Of a DNA stretch of 64,000 nucleotides, positions 49,470 to 61,821 are shown one piece after another. The stretch spans positions 125,366,001-125,430,000 of the forward strand of contig NC_086097.1 in assembly GCF_963921235.1 (NCBI RefSeq). Reading direction: 5' to 3'. The notes under the pieces were generated by a model, which was not told the DNA's origin, searched no databases, and saw only the letters and a list, made by a program, of their open reading frames with translations. A program made the position numbers and the translations under genes. Source of the stretch: Mobula hypostoma. Its lineage: Eukaryota. Every line of letters begins with the position of its first letter. Position 1 is the stretch's first letter.

Positions 49470-51612
49470 ATTGGGAAAATTTGTTTTATGGGAAGGATGT
49501 AACAGAGAAATGGAGGTCATTTAAAGGTGAAATTTTGAGGGTTCAGAATCTTTATGTTCCTGTTAGGTTGAAAGGAAAGGTTAAATGTTTGAGAGAGCCG
49601 TGGTTTTCAAGAGATATTAGAAACTTGGTTCAGAAAAAGAGAGAGATCTTCAATAAATATAGGCAGCTTGGAGTTAATGAGGTACTTGAGGAATATAAAG
49701 AATGTAAAAAGAATCTTAAGAAAGAAATTAGGAAAGCTAAAAGAAGATACGAGGCTGCTTTGGCAAGTAAGGTGAAAATAAATCCAAAGGGTTTCTACAG
49801 TTATGTTAGTGGCAAAAGGATAGTGAGGGATAAAATTGGTCCCTTGGAGAATCAGAGTGGACGGCTATGTGCGGAGCCAAAAGAGATGGGGGAGATTTTG
49901 AACAATTTCTTTTCTTCGGTATTCACTAAGGAGAAGGATATTGAATGGTGTAAGGTAAAGGAAACAAGTAGGGTGGTTATGGAAAGTATGATAATTACAG
50001 AAGAGGAAGTACTGACACTTTTAAGGAATATAAAAGTGGATAAGTCTCCGGGTCCGGACGAGATATTCCCTAGGACTTTGAGGGAAGTTAGCATAGAAAT
50101 AACAGGGGCTCTGACAGAAATATTTCAAATGTCATTAGAAACGGGAATGGTGCCGGAGGATTGGCGTATTGCTCATGTGGTTCTTTTATTTAAAAAGGGT
50201 TCTAAGAGTAAACCTGGCAATTATCCGTCTGTGAGTTTGACATCAGTGGTGGGTAAATTGATGGAAAGTATTCTTAGAGATGGTATATATAATTTTCTGG
50301 AGAGACAGGGTCTGATTAGGAACAGTCAACATGGATTTGTGTGTGGAAGGTCATGTTTGACAAATCTTATTGAATTTTTTGATGAGGTTACTAAGAAAGT
50401 TGACGAGGGTAAAACGGTGGATGTTGTCTATATGGACTTCAGTAAGGCCTTTGACAAGGTTCTACACGGAAGGTTAGTGCGGAAGGTTCAATCGTTAGGC
50501 ATTAATATGGAAGCAGTAAAATGGATTCAGCAGTGGCTAGATGGGAGATGTAGAGAGTAGTGGTGGATAACTGTGTGTCAAATTGGAGGACGGTGTGTAG
50601 CGGTGTGCCTCAAGGATCTGTACTGGGTCCAATGTTGTTTGTAATATATATTAATGATCTAGATGATGGGGTGGTAAATTGGATTAGTAAGGATGCAGAT
50701 GATACTAAGATAGGTGGTGTTGTGGATGATGAGGTAGGTTTTCAAAACTTGCAGAGAGATTTAGGACAGTTAGAAGAGTGGGCTGAAAGATGGCAGATGG
50801 AGTTTAATGCTGAAAAATGTGAGGTGCTACATTTTGGTAAAACTAATCAAAATAGGACATACATGGCAAATGGTAGGGCATTAAAGAATGCTTTAGAACA
50901 GAGGGATCTAGGAATAATGGTGCATAGTTCCCTGAAGATGGAATCTCATGTGGATAGGGTGGTGAAGAAAGCTTTTGGTTTGCTGGCCTTTATTAATCAG
51001 AGCATTGAGTATAGGAGTTGGGATGTAATGTTGAATTTGTATAAAGCATTGGTAAGTCCAAATCTGGAGTATTGTGTACAGTTCTGGTCACCGAATTATA
51101 GGAAGGATGTCAATAAAATTGAGAGAGTACAGAGGAGGTTTACTAAAATCTTGCCTGGGTTTCATCTCCTAAGTTACAGAGAAAGGTTGAACAAGTTGGG
51201 TCTTTATTCTTTGGAGCGTAGAGGGTTGAGGGGAGACTTGATAGAGGTGTTCAAAATTATGAGGGGGATTGATAGAGTTGACGTGGTTAGACTTTTTCCA
51301 TTGAGAGTGGGGAAGATTCAAACAAGAGGGCATGGGTTGAGAATTAGAGGACAAAAGTTTAGGGGTAACATGAGGGGTAACTTCTTTACTCAGAGAGTGG
51401 TAGCTGTGTGGAACGAGTTTCCAGCAGAAGTGGTTGAGGCAGGTTCGATGTTGTCATTTAAAGTTAAATTGGATAGATATATGGACAGGAAAGGAATGGA
51501 GGGTTATGGGCTGAGTGCAGATTGGTGGAATAGGATAGGGTAAGAGTTCGGCACGGACTAGAAGGGCCAAGATGGCCTGTTTCCATGCTGTAATTGTTAT
51601 ATGGTTATATGG
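49470..51612 (+). mobile_element. CR1-clade LINE (family B), 5'-truncated, one frameshift, inserted in the tail of an older CR1
   Basis: ORFs 49460-50560 and 50560-51543; RT motif mutated to DADD; tail GTTATATGGTTATATGG. Confidence 0.93.
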
Positions 51613-51746
51613 AATAGGGTTGAGAGGGATAGTAAATCAGACATGATTGAAAGGTGGAGCTGACTCGATGGGCTGAATGACCTAATTCTGCTCCCATGTC
51701 TTATGATCTGATGGTCTTCATGAGAAATAAATTGCCTTTCATTCTA

Positions 51747-52271
51747 CACTCAGTGGCCATTTTATTAGGTACACCTGCACACCAGCTCGTTAATGCAAAT
51801 ATCTAATCAGCCAATCACGTGGCAGCAACTCTGTGCACCAAGAAGTTTAATTGTTTTTCAGACCAAACATCAGAAAGAGGAAGAAACATGATCTAAGTGA
51901 CTTTGACTGTGAAATGATTGTTGGTACCAGATGGGGGTGGTTTGAGTATCTTAGAAACTGCTGGTCTCCTAGGATTTTCATGTACAACAGTCTCTAGAGT
52001 TTACAGAGAATGGTGCGAAAAACAAAAACATACAGTGAGCAGCAGTTCTGTGGGCAAGAGTGCCTTGTTATTGAGAGAGGTCAGAGGAGAATGGCCAGAC
52101 TGGTTCAAGCTGACAGGAAGGTGACAGGAACTCAAATAACTACATGTTACAACTGTGGTGAGAGGAGAATTTCTGAAAACACAACATGTTGAACCTTGAA
52201 ATGGATGGGCTACAGCAGCAGAAGACCACACCAGGTTCCACTCCTGTACCCAATCAAGTGGCCACTGAGCG
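51747..52271 (+). mobile_element. Non-autonomous Tc1-like element, complete
   Basis: TA|CACTCAGTGGCCATTTTATTAGGTACA ... TGTACCCAATCAAGTGGCCACTGAGCG|TA; internal helix-turn-helix remnant SILETAGLLGFSCTTVSRVYREW. Confidence 0.85.
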
Positions 52272-53589
52272 TACTATGCAGCACAAAACTGTTCCGAGAA
52301 AGGCCAGAGTTAAATCAAGCAAATATAATAGTGTATTTATAACACAAATTAGAAAAATTAAAACTTTTACTTCTGTTTAATGAGATATACTTACTAATAA
52401 ATATGATCAACTATCTCAAGAATCCTGATGTCTGATGAATGATGGCTAACACGAGAGGGCACAGCTGTAAGGTGCTTAGAAGTAGGTACAGAGGGTGGTG
52501 AGTGAGTGGAATGGGCTGCTGATGACTGTGGTGGAAGCGGATACAATAGGGTCTTTTAAGAGACTCCTGACAGGTACATGGAGCTTAGAAGAATAGAGGA
52601 CTAAGGGTAACCCTAGGCAATTTCTAAAGTAAGTAAGTATTCGGCACAGCGTTGTGGGCTGAAGGGCCTGTATTGTGCTATAGGTTTTCTATGTTTCTAT
52701 GAATGCTCCAGAAACGCTTATTACCAATCAGCACTGCCAGTAATTCCTCAATCTGCATGTTCTGATTTATGAATTTTCTCTACAATAATTCTGACCTTTT
52801 GCGTTACGCACTTTTGATTTATAAAAGTATTTTCACCATAAATTAATACTGCACCATAGTTGATGCATCAGAATAATGAACAAAAACAGCCACAATGTGT
52901 TCTGTCAAGTTTTTTCAATTGATGAAATGTTTTTCTTAAAATTCCCTTTTGTAAATCAACAAGTTACAACGGAGGTTCTCGGAATACAGCACTTGCTATT
53001 AATCTGTTACAGTCAATTATACAACTTATACAACTCCCACAACTTCCATCATCCTGCTTCAGCCTCCTCTAATCCGGCAAACAAATGTCAAAGGTGTCAC
53101 GGAGTCAAACGCGCAGAAACAGGTGCTTCTGACTCTAATTCAGCTTTATGACATGTTCTATTCCTGGTTGCTCTTTTTTGTTACTACTTTTGGGCGATCT
53201 TTGAATTGGGACTGCCTGCACGTAATGAACTGAACTGAAATACACCTTTTGATTTTGTGTTTTATATGCTGTGTTTTTGCTTGGTTTTTATTTGTTGCTG
53301 TTTGCACGATTTTTTTGTGCGCGGGGGGGTTGCTGTTTGATGTTTTTCTTTGAACAGGTTAGTTCCACGGTTCTTTGTTTCATGACTGTATGTGGGGAGG
53401 ACAAACTTTGGGATTGTATACTGCATATATACTTTGATAATAAATGTACATTGAATCTTTGTGTGCACGCTGTCCATCAAGCGCCCACTTTACAATAATC
53501 CTAAACTAACCTCATTTATTTCTCCCCACATTCCCATCAAATGCCCCCAGATCTAGCACTCACCCACACGAGGAACAACCACCAATCAC

Positions 53590-54430
53590 ATCCTTACCTC
53601 CCTCCCCACTCTCCACTTTCCACAAGGATCACACTGTCTGAGATTCCCTTGTTCAGTCGTCCCTCCCCACTGATCTCCCTCCTAGAAGTTATCCCTGCCA
53701 ATGGAATTTCCACACCTACCCATTCACCTCCTTCCTCACCAGCATTCAGGCCCCCAGACAGTCCTTCCAGATGAGGCAACCCTTCACCTGCAAGTCTACT
53801 GTATCCAATACTCCTGATGTGGCCTCCTCTATTCTGCTTTGAAGATCATCTTAGCTCCATCTGCAAGAAGCAGGATTTCTTAATTTTAGTTCTAATCCAG
53901 ATACCCATTCCAACATGTCAGTCCATTGTCTCCTCTACTGCCACAATGAGGCCACTCTCAAATTGGAGGAGCAAAACCTCATATTCCCTCTGGGTAGCCT
54001 CCAACCTGAACATCAATCATGTCTCCCCTCTCTCACTTCTCTCCATTTCCATTCCCCAATCTGGCTGCCCTCTTACTCCTCTTCTCGTAAGCTGCTCATC
54101 ATTTCCCCCTTGGGTCCCTCTACCTTCTCTTTCTCCCATGGTCCACACTTCGCTCCTATCAAATTCCTACTTCTTCATCCACCGATCTTTCCTCCTTATC
54201 ACCTCCCAGCTTCTCACTTCAACCCCTCCCCCCCCACAATCTACATTCCCCCACACCTGGCTTCACCTATCACCCTCTAGCTTGTACTCCTTCTCCCCCT
54301 CCCACCTTGTTATTCTGGCTTCTTCCTGCTTCCTCATGAAGAGTATCAGCTCCATGTATTGACTTTTTATTCCTTTCCACAGATGCTGTCCGACCTGCCG
54401 AGTTCCTCCAGCACTTTGTGTGTGTTACTG
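53590..54430 (+). mobile_element. Old Penelope-like element fragment
   Basis: MSVHCLLYCHNEATLKLEEQNLIFPLGSLQP plus the same 3' repeat as the other copies. Confidence 0.75.
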
Positions 54431-55340
54431 AGAACAATTTACCAGCCTACCAATCTGCATATCCTTCTAATGAGGAAGGCAACCCATGTGGTCACAGGGA
54501 GAATATGCCATTTTGTTGAGTTTTGAGGAAAACACAGACAAAGGTTCAGGAATACTGGGTGCCATTGACCTAACACCACTTCACCAACCCATCCACCCTC
54601 ATCCCAACAGTACAGAAATAAATCCAGTGATTCTCTGTTGCACTCTCTTTATTATGAACATATCCTTCCCGGGCGGGGAGACCAGGCCTGTAGTAGGCTC
54701 ACCAAGAAGCAACATGAAGGCTTTTTCACTCTTGTACTCAAAATGCTCTTGCAATCAAAGTCAATGTACCACCATTTATCCTCCTGAACTCCTGTCTGAT
54801 TCTGCATCAATATTCGGATTCAAGCCTAATTTGGAGTATTGTGGTCATCTATCTACAGGAAAGATATTGAGAAGATTAAAGGAGTAATGACAAAATATAC
54901 AAGGACTTGAGGACCTGAGTTATAGAGAAAGGATGAATAGGTTAGGATGTTATTCTCTGGACTGTAGGAGAATGAGGGGAAATTTGATAGAGCTATACAA
55001 AATATTGAGCGATAGAGATAGGTTAAATGCGAGCTCAGGGTTTTGCCACTGAGGTTGGGTGAGCCTAGAACTAGAGGTCACAGGTTGAGGGTGAAAGGTA
55101 AAATATTTAAAGGTGAATTTCTTCACTCAGAGGGCGGTAAGAGTGTGGAATGAGCTGCCAGCGGGTTTTGTTTTAAAGTTTGTAGGGATGGTTTTGGGGA
55201 TAGAGAGGAGTTAGAGGTCAGGTTGGATTTTGGATCAGGGATGTAGGAGAGCTAGAGGTCAGGCCGGAGTCTAGACATCTGCTCTGCACTCCACGTTCAA
55301 AGGCCAGTGATGTAGACTGGTGACAAAGGACACCAGGAGT

Positions 55341-55733
55341 CCAGGCCTCCACTATGTGTCCAAAGGCCAGGCCTCCACTCCGTGTCCAAAGGCCAGGCCT
55401 CCACTCCGTGTCAATAGGCCAGGCCTCCACTCCGTGTCAATAGGCCAGGCCTCCACTCCGTGTCCATAGGCCAGGCCTCCACTCCGTGTCCAAAGGCTAG
55501 GCCTCCACTCCGTGTCAATAGGTCAGGCTTCCACTCCGTGTCCAAAGGCCAGACCTCCACTCCGTGTCCAAAGGCCAGGCCTCCACTCCGCGTCCAAAGG
55601 CCAGGCCTCCACTCCGTGTCAATAGGCCAGTCCTCCACTCCATGTCCAAAGGCTAGGCCTCCACTCCGTGTCCAAAGGCCAGGCCTCCACTCTGTGTCCA
55701 TAGGCCAGGCCTCCACTCCGTGTCCATAGGCCA
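55341..55733. repeat. 26-bp minisatellite, about 15 copies
   Basis: Unit AGGCCAGGCCTCCACTCCGTGTC followed by CAA, AAT or CAT. Confidence 0.95.
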
Positions 55734-56064
55734 GCGATGTGGATGTGTGATGAAGGATATCTGTGGATATTGGGCAGTTCCAGGTCAGTGGGTCCCAGGA
55801 TTGGATGTCCATGTGAGCAGGAGGCCTGAGGCGAGCCTGGAGTTCAAGGGCTAGAGTTAGGAATCCCATCATCGGCTAGTCCGGGAATCAATACCAAAGA
55901 TCAAAGCCTGAGATCGATCATAAGGCTGGAAGTTGAAATTTGATGGACGAAGCTTTGAGGTCTGTCCTGGGTTAGGAGGACTGACCATGACTGTGGATTG
56001 ATGGGAGGGAGGAAAGAGACTTTTTTTTTGCTGTTGCTTGTTATGTTCTGTATTGTTCTACCCT

Positions 56065-56745
56065 AAAGGTTAACCTCCAGGTTGAGTCAGTGGTGAAGAA
56101 GGCAAATGCAACATTGGCATTCATTTCTAGAGGTATACAATATAAGAGCAGGGATGTGATGTTGAGGCTCTGTAAGGCATTCATGAGTCCACACATTGAG
56201 TATTGTGTTCAGATTTTTGCTCCTTATTTTGGAAAGGATATACTGACATTAGAGAGGGTTCAGAGAAGATTCACGAGAATGATTCCAGGAATGAAAGGGT
56301 GAGGGACGTCTGGCAGCTCTTGGGCTGTATTCCCTGGAGTTCAGGAGAATGAGGGGGGAATCACATTACGAATGTTAAAAGCCCTGAACAGATGAGATAT
56401 GGCAACGTTATTTTCCATGGTAGGGGAGTCCAGGACAAGACGGTACAACTTCAGGATTGAAGGACGTCCATTTAGAACCGAGATGTGGAGAAATTACCTT
56501 AGTCAGGGGGTGGTAAATCTGTGGAATTTGCTGCCACGAGCGGCTGTGGAGGCCAAGTCATTGTGTGCACTTAAGGCAGAGATAGATAGGTTCTTGATTA
56601 GCCAGGGCATCAAAGGGTATGGGGAGAAGGCAGGGGAGTGGGAATGACCAGAAGAGTTGGATCTGGAAGACTGGAAGAACTGATTGAATGGCGGAACAGA
56701 CTCGATGGGCCGAACGGCCTACTGCAGCTCCTAATCTTATGGTCT
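56065..56745 (+). mobile_element. Older CR1 3' fragment
   Basis: VKKANATLAFISRGIQYKSRDVML...RVQRRFTRMIPG. Confidence 0.8.
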
Positions 56746-56799
56746 TTGATTTAAAAAATCATATTACGTGGCTGTTACTTCTTGTGAGAAGTTAACCAT

Positions 56800-57895
56800 G
56801 AGAACATAAGATATAGGAGCAGAAACAGGCCATTCAACCCATCAAGTCTACTCCACCATTCGTTCACAGCTGATTTATTTTCTCTCTCAACCCTATTCTC
56901 CTGCCTTCCCCCATAACCTTTGATGTCCTTATTAATCAAGAACTCATCAATTTCCACATAAAATATACCCAATCACGGCCTCTCCAGTTGTCTGTGGCAA
57001 TGAATTCCACATATTCTCCACCCTCTGGCTGAAGAAATACCTTCTCATTTCTGTTCTTATAGGACCTTCTTTATTCTGAGGCTGTGCCCTCTGATCCTCG
57101 ACTCCTTCCCTATGGGAAACATCCTCTCCATATCTACTCAATCTAGGCCTTTCAATATTTGATATGTTTTAATGAGCCAACCCCTCATGCTTCTAAACTC
57201 ATGCGAGTACAGGCCCTGAGACATTAAATGCTCCTCATTTTCATTACTAGGATCATTCTCGTGAACTTCTTCTCCAGCGCCAGAACATCCTTTCTTAGAC
57301 GTGGGGCCTAAAACTGCTCACAATACTCCAAACGTCGTCTGACCAATGCCTTATAAAGTCTCAGCATTACACCCTTGCTTTTAGATTCTGGTCTCTCAAA
57401 ACAAATGCTAACATTGAATTTACCTTCCTTACCACTGAGTCAACCTGCAAGATGACCTTTAGGAAATTCAGGACTAGGATTCCCAAGTCTCTTTGCACCT
57501 GAGATTTCTGAATTTTCAGAAAATAATCTACACTTTTATTTCTTCTACTAAAGTACATGACTATACCCTTCCCTGCACTGCATTCCATCTGCCACTGCTT
57601 TGCCCACTTCTCCTAATATGTCCAAGTGCTCCCGCAGATTCCCTGCTTCCTCAACACTACCTGCGCCCCCCCCACTCCATCTATCTTTGTATTGCCCTCA
57701 AACTTGGCCACAAAGCCATCAATTCCCTCATCCAATTCATTGATATTGATGTGAAAATAAGCAGTCCAATGCAGAACCCTGTGGAACACCACTAGTCACC
57801 AGTAGCCAACCAGAAAAGGCCCCCTTTGTTCACTTTATCCCTGCCAGTCAGTCGATCTTCGGTCCGTGCTAGTATCTTTCCTGTAATATTATCCT
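56800..57895 (-). mobile_element. Older CR1 3' fragment in opposite orientation
   Basis: QVQRDLGILV...VVRKVNSMLAF and FFSQRVENMWNSLPQ. Confidence 0.8.
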
Positions 57896-57897
57896 CA

Positions 57898-58177
57898 TGT
57901 GCTGCTAAACAAGAGTATAAATCTAAAATGCACCCAGTCTCGTTTTTGCTCTCTGGAACACCGACAGACTGGGGTTACGGCCGCTGCAATGAGAACAGTG
58001 GAAGTGTGCTGCAGTGAGAGAAGATCGAAGTGCACACTTTGCAGAAGGTATTTGTAACTTGATGTAACTTGAAGGGTTTACTGAATGTTTAGCATTTGTC
58101 TTAAATAGTTAACTTACTTACTGGTAGTGAGTGTCTTGTGTCCCCACTCACCGAACCCATGAACCTAATTTCACACA
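57898..58177 (+). repeat. ERV 5' LTR (start uncertain)
   Basis: Shares GTAACTTGAAGGGTTT, GTGTCTT-TGTCCCCAC and AACCT-ATTTCACACA with the 3' LTR. Confidence 0.7.
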
Positions 58178-58179
58178 AT

Positions 58180-58200
58180 TGGCACTGCAAGTAGGGTTCG
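58180..58200 (+). other. Primer-binding site, tRNA-Ser-like
   Basis: TGGCACTGCAAGTAGGGTTCG two nt after the LTR end; resembles the recalled complement of the tRNA-Ser(TGA) 3' end, TGGCGCAGCGAGCAGGGTTCG. Confidence 0.65.
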
Positions 58201-58569
58201 GTGATTGAACGGAAGTGTGAGGAGCACTGAGTCCCAGGGTGGACTGACGACGGTGCAGATTTGGGGGTCTCCCCAGCCTACAGGCGGGCCACAGTGCACC
58301 AGTGGACTGGTCAGACCAGATGGACACCCACTGGGTGAAAATAGGACAGCACATTGTGTCTGTGCTTAATGAGGAAGGGTTCCCTGAGAGAAAAGGGAGC
58401 CAGGGAGGTGCTTTCTGGCTGCAGGGGTAGTGGCATCAGCACATCCCCTGCTGCTGCTGATGCTGTGCCTCCAGTACCAAGTCTCCCAGAAAAAGACTGC
58501 TTACCAACGGGGTCCTGAGCAGAAGGCAGGCTTTGAAATTGCCACGTCTAACAATTCAACCTACAGAGA

Positions 58570-59800
58570 GGACTGTGCTCAGCAGTCTTCTATTTTCAAG
58601 AAGAAGTGGTACATTGCAGACAGGGTAGAGAAGGGTCCCAATAGGGTGGGCTGCCTCCGTGAGCAGGTCATATCTCTCCCTGGTAACGACCACTACACTC
58701 CGATGAAGTTCCCACCATCAACCCCTCATCCATTAGAGTGGGGTAAACCCTAAAATGACCATACTGCTGAGTAGAAACAGCAAGTCTGGTTTACTGACGG
58801 CTCCAGCGATTGATGGAGTGGCAAGGACTGGTGGAAGGATGCTGCTCTCCACCCTGTGTCAAGGAGGGGTGTTACCCAGAAGAGTGAGGGGGATCTAGCC
58901 AACTGGCTGAGCTGGTGGCCCCTCCAGGAGGCAATGAAGCTATGAGGATCTACACCAATTCCTGGGCAATGACTAATGGCATGGCAGTGTAAATACCTCA
59001 TTGGCTTGGGCGGAACTGAGAGGTGCACAGGCGACCTCTCTGGGAGCATTCCTATTGGGAACGCACCTGGAAGGATGTGCATCAACGTCCAATCATAGTC
59101 TACCATGAGATGCCCACAGCACTCAGGACACTGAGGCCATACATTATGCTGCTGTCGACCGAGCTCCGCAGATTATGACAGCCACAGTGTTTTCCAAGGA
59201 GGAGAACATGTGCCTTGCGGTATGGGCACACCAGAAGAGTGGGCATCTATGGGAGGGTAAGCGGCAAGGAAATGGGCAAAAGCCCAAGGGGTGGTGTTGA
59301 TTTTTTGATGAGACCAGGGCAGCAGTTGCGAGCTGCCCTACCTGTCAGCAGGTTATGCTTGGGGGGTAGCCAAAGGGTCCCCGGGAAGCATCCGAAGGGC
59401 ACGGGGACTAGTCAGGTATGGCAAGTAGATAGGTTGGGCCTCTGCCATCACAGAACAAGAGACAATATGTGCTCACAATGGTGGACACATATTCCGGTGT
59501 CCTACTGGTGGTGCGGTGCAGCCACGCTGACCAGGAAAGCACACTAAAAGGCTTGCGGCACTGGTCATCCATGTATAGGATCCCCTGCGAGATCCAGTCG
59601 GACAATGGCTCACATTCTGCAGGAGCCAAAATCCAGGGGTGGGCTGCGGAATCCAGCGTTCTGTGGATGTTCCACATCCCATACTACCCACAGGGGGCAG
59701 GGCTGATCCAGTGTATGAACGGGCTGTTGAAACAACAGATTAAGTTGTGACCCCCATCCGCACCTTTCAGGGGTGGCTACCTGTGCTGTAACAGGCAGTG
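58570..59800 (+). pseudogene. ERV pol remnant (connection, RNase H and integrase)
   Basis: AQQSSIFKKKWYIADR..GP...LREQV; QVWFTDGS (58781); SQLAELVA; IYTNSWAMTNG; WQVD (59419); LTMVDTYSG...IQSDNGSH...WMFHIPYYPQGAGLIQCMNGLLK. Confidence 0.88.
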
Positions 59801-59816
59801 GATGACCAGTGCAATA

Positions 59817-60110
59817 AAACACACAAAATGCTGGAGGAATTCAGCAGTTTTAGGCAGCATTTATGGAAATGGAAAATTGGGTGTTGATGCACATTCTCCC
59901 AGATACGTTCCCAATAGGAGTGCTCCCATTCGCATATTCTTGCTTCTTGCTCTGACTTCTCATCTTTTTTTCTAGTCCTGGTCAAGAGTCTCAGCCTGAA
60001 ATACCAACTGTTTGTTCATTTCCATAGATGCTGCCTAGCCTGCTGAGTTCCTCCAGCATTTTGTGTGTTTTGCATTGAATTTCTAGCATCTGCAGATTTT
60101 TCTCATGCTT
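59817..60110. mobile_element. Short Penelope-derived fold-back element inserted between ERV pol and env
   Basis: About 55-nt inverted repeat AAAACACACAAAATGCTGGAGGAATTCAGCAG / CTGCTGAGTTCCTCCAGCATTTTGTGTGTTTT around a decayed hammerhead. Confidence 0.7.
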
Positions 60111-60399
60111 GTGACAACCAGTGGGCCCACGAGGATCCGCTATGTCCTGGCACTCAGCAGTGTCGTATTCTCCAGAGGTGGAATCGGAGGAGGAACTGGG
60201 GATGGTTTGGGTTCAACACCCACAGGGGCTACCAGAGCAAGGGGAGATTATGGCACATGGATCAGGGAATAAGCGATGTGTGATTTTACCAGAGGAATGG
60301 GAGATAATCTGTCTAGATACCCAGTGACTAACCAGGTGGGAGTGAGTTTGTGTCTCCCTACATTACAGAATGGAAAAGTGGTGGAAGCTGACGGCAATG

Positions 60400-61400
60400 G
60401 TGATGTGTTGATCGGTGTGAGATCCTACAACACATTCCTACGGATGACATATGAGCACGCAAACCACATCAAAGCTTTGGACTGTTGGATCTGCATGAGG
60501 ACACAACCCACGCTGCAGAAGGGGTGCCTCTCTTTAACTCAGAAGAACAGCTCAGCTTCTCGGGATTTGCATTCCGTTCTGGGGAAAGCCGAGAGCGAAC
60601 AGTCGATTCTATCCATAGTATGGGAATGGCCTTAAAGAACTGGAGTCACAGTAACCCCGGGTGGAGTAAGGGCTGGTTCTTCCCTATTTAAGATTTGACT
60701 AATCCCAAGAGTAATCCCTCTGCCAAGAGAGAAGTGGAAGAAGTGTTGGTGCAGGCAATATGATGAGCACGGGTCCAGTCAGTCAGTGGAGCACAGTGAG
60801 TGCGAGCAGAAACAGTATCCTGGGAAGCAGTGAAGATAGGTGCTCCCTGGACGCTAAAAGGTTCTTCCTGGATATGCAGCTCCCAGGCTTCCCACAGCTA
60901 CTGCAATCCGGGGTACGTAGTACCATATATCACCTTAATAGCCTGGACGAGCACCCTGCCCATGACGGTCAGCACAGTAAGAAGCAGAAAGGTGCTGGAT
61001 GATAGCTTTTCTCTCTAACTGCTACGCATGGCCCTTGTGATGGAAGCACTGCACAACAAGACGGCCGCAGCGCTCAAGCATACGGTGGCCTCACAAAATC
61101 AGACGACCTTGGACTACCTGCGCGCAGAGAAAGGTGGCATCTGTGCTGCAATTGGACAAGAGCGCTGCACCTACATCCCCGACGAGTCTGGGAACATTAC
61201 TCATCTGGCTGATCATATCCCGTAATCAATAAATGAGATCAGAAAAGAAGAGAGCCCTGGGGGTGGGGCGGTTGAGCTGATGGCCTTTTGGGAGGCCGGT
61301 GGGCTGCTGCAAAACACTGGGTAGCAACTAGTGGGTTAATAATTCTGGGTATCATAGTGTGACATTTTCTGTGTAGTATAGTGGGGCGTCCCAAGGGTTT
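60400..61400 (+). pseudogene. ERV env remnant, gamma-type (covalent SU-TM)
   Basis: SU CxxC motif CWIC (60483-60494); TM immunosuppressive-like QNQTTLDYLRAEKGGICAAIGQERCTYIPD; hydrophobic anchor WVATSGLIILGIIV. Confidence 0.85.
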
Positions 61401-61451
61401 TGCTAGCCTACAGGACGAGTACCACAGTCTTGCATCTTTCGAGGGGTGAAA

Positions 61452-61821
61452 TGTTGTGGTAAGTATTAATCTTATCTGTTCACGGAAAGCCACTCCGCTC
61501 TGCTAGCTTGGGATTGGTCCGTTTAAGGAGCGTTGCAGCCCTTCAACTGGCCGCTGGTTGGCGCCACGATGCCAGTGGATGAGTCACAGTGCAGCTAGAG
61601 TATGAATCTAGCACGGTGAAAGCACCAGGTTTCCTATTAGCTCTCTGGGTCACCAACGGGCTGGTGCTTGCAACCAGTGCTGCAGCAAGAGAGGGCCAGG
61701 ACGCGGATGAGCTGAGCATTTGTAATTGGGCGTAACTTGAAGGGTTTGCTGAATATTTGGTTAAGTTTCTTACAGTGTGTCTTTTGTCCCCACACTGAAC
61801 CTGCAAACCTGATTTCACACA
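61452..61821 (+). repeat. ERV 3' LTR (about 370 bp)
   Basis: TG...CA, preceded by a purine tract; 3' part homologous to the 5' LTR. Confidence 0.8.

Larger units (their letters stand above)
57898..61821 (+). mobile_element. Degenerate class III (ERV-S/ERV-L-like) endogenous retrovirus: LTR-PBS-(deleted gag/pro/RT)-RNase H-integrase-env-PPT-LTR
   Basis: Two LTR-like direct repeats ending ATTTCACACA (58177 and 61821); PBS at 58180; pol and env remnants in retroviral order; PPT GAGGGGTGAAA before TG at 61452. Confidence 0.88.

Noticed and set aside
55341..55733. Regular 26-bp repeats that could be mistaken for a CRISPR array
   Set aside because: The units are directly tandem with no unique spacers, there are no cas genes, and the context is vertebrate.
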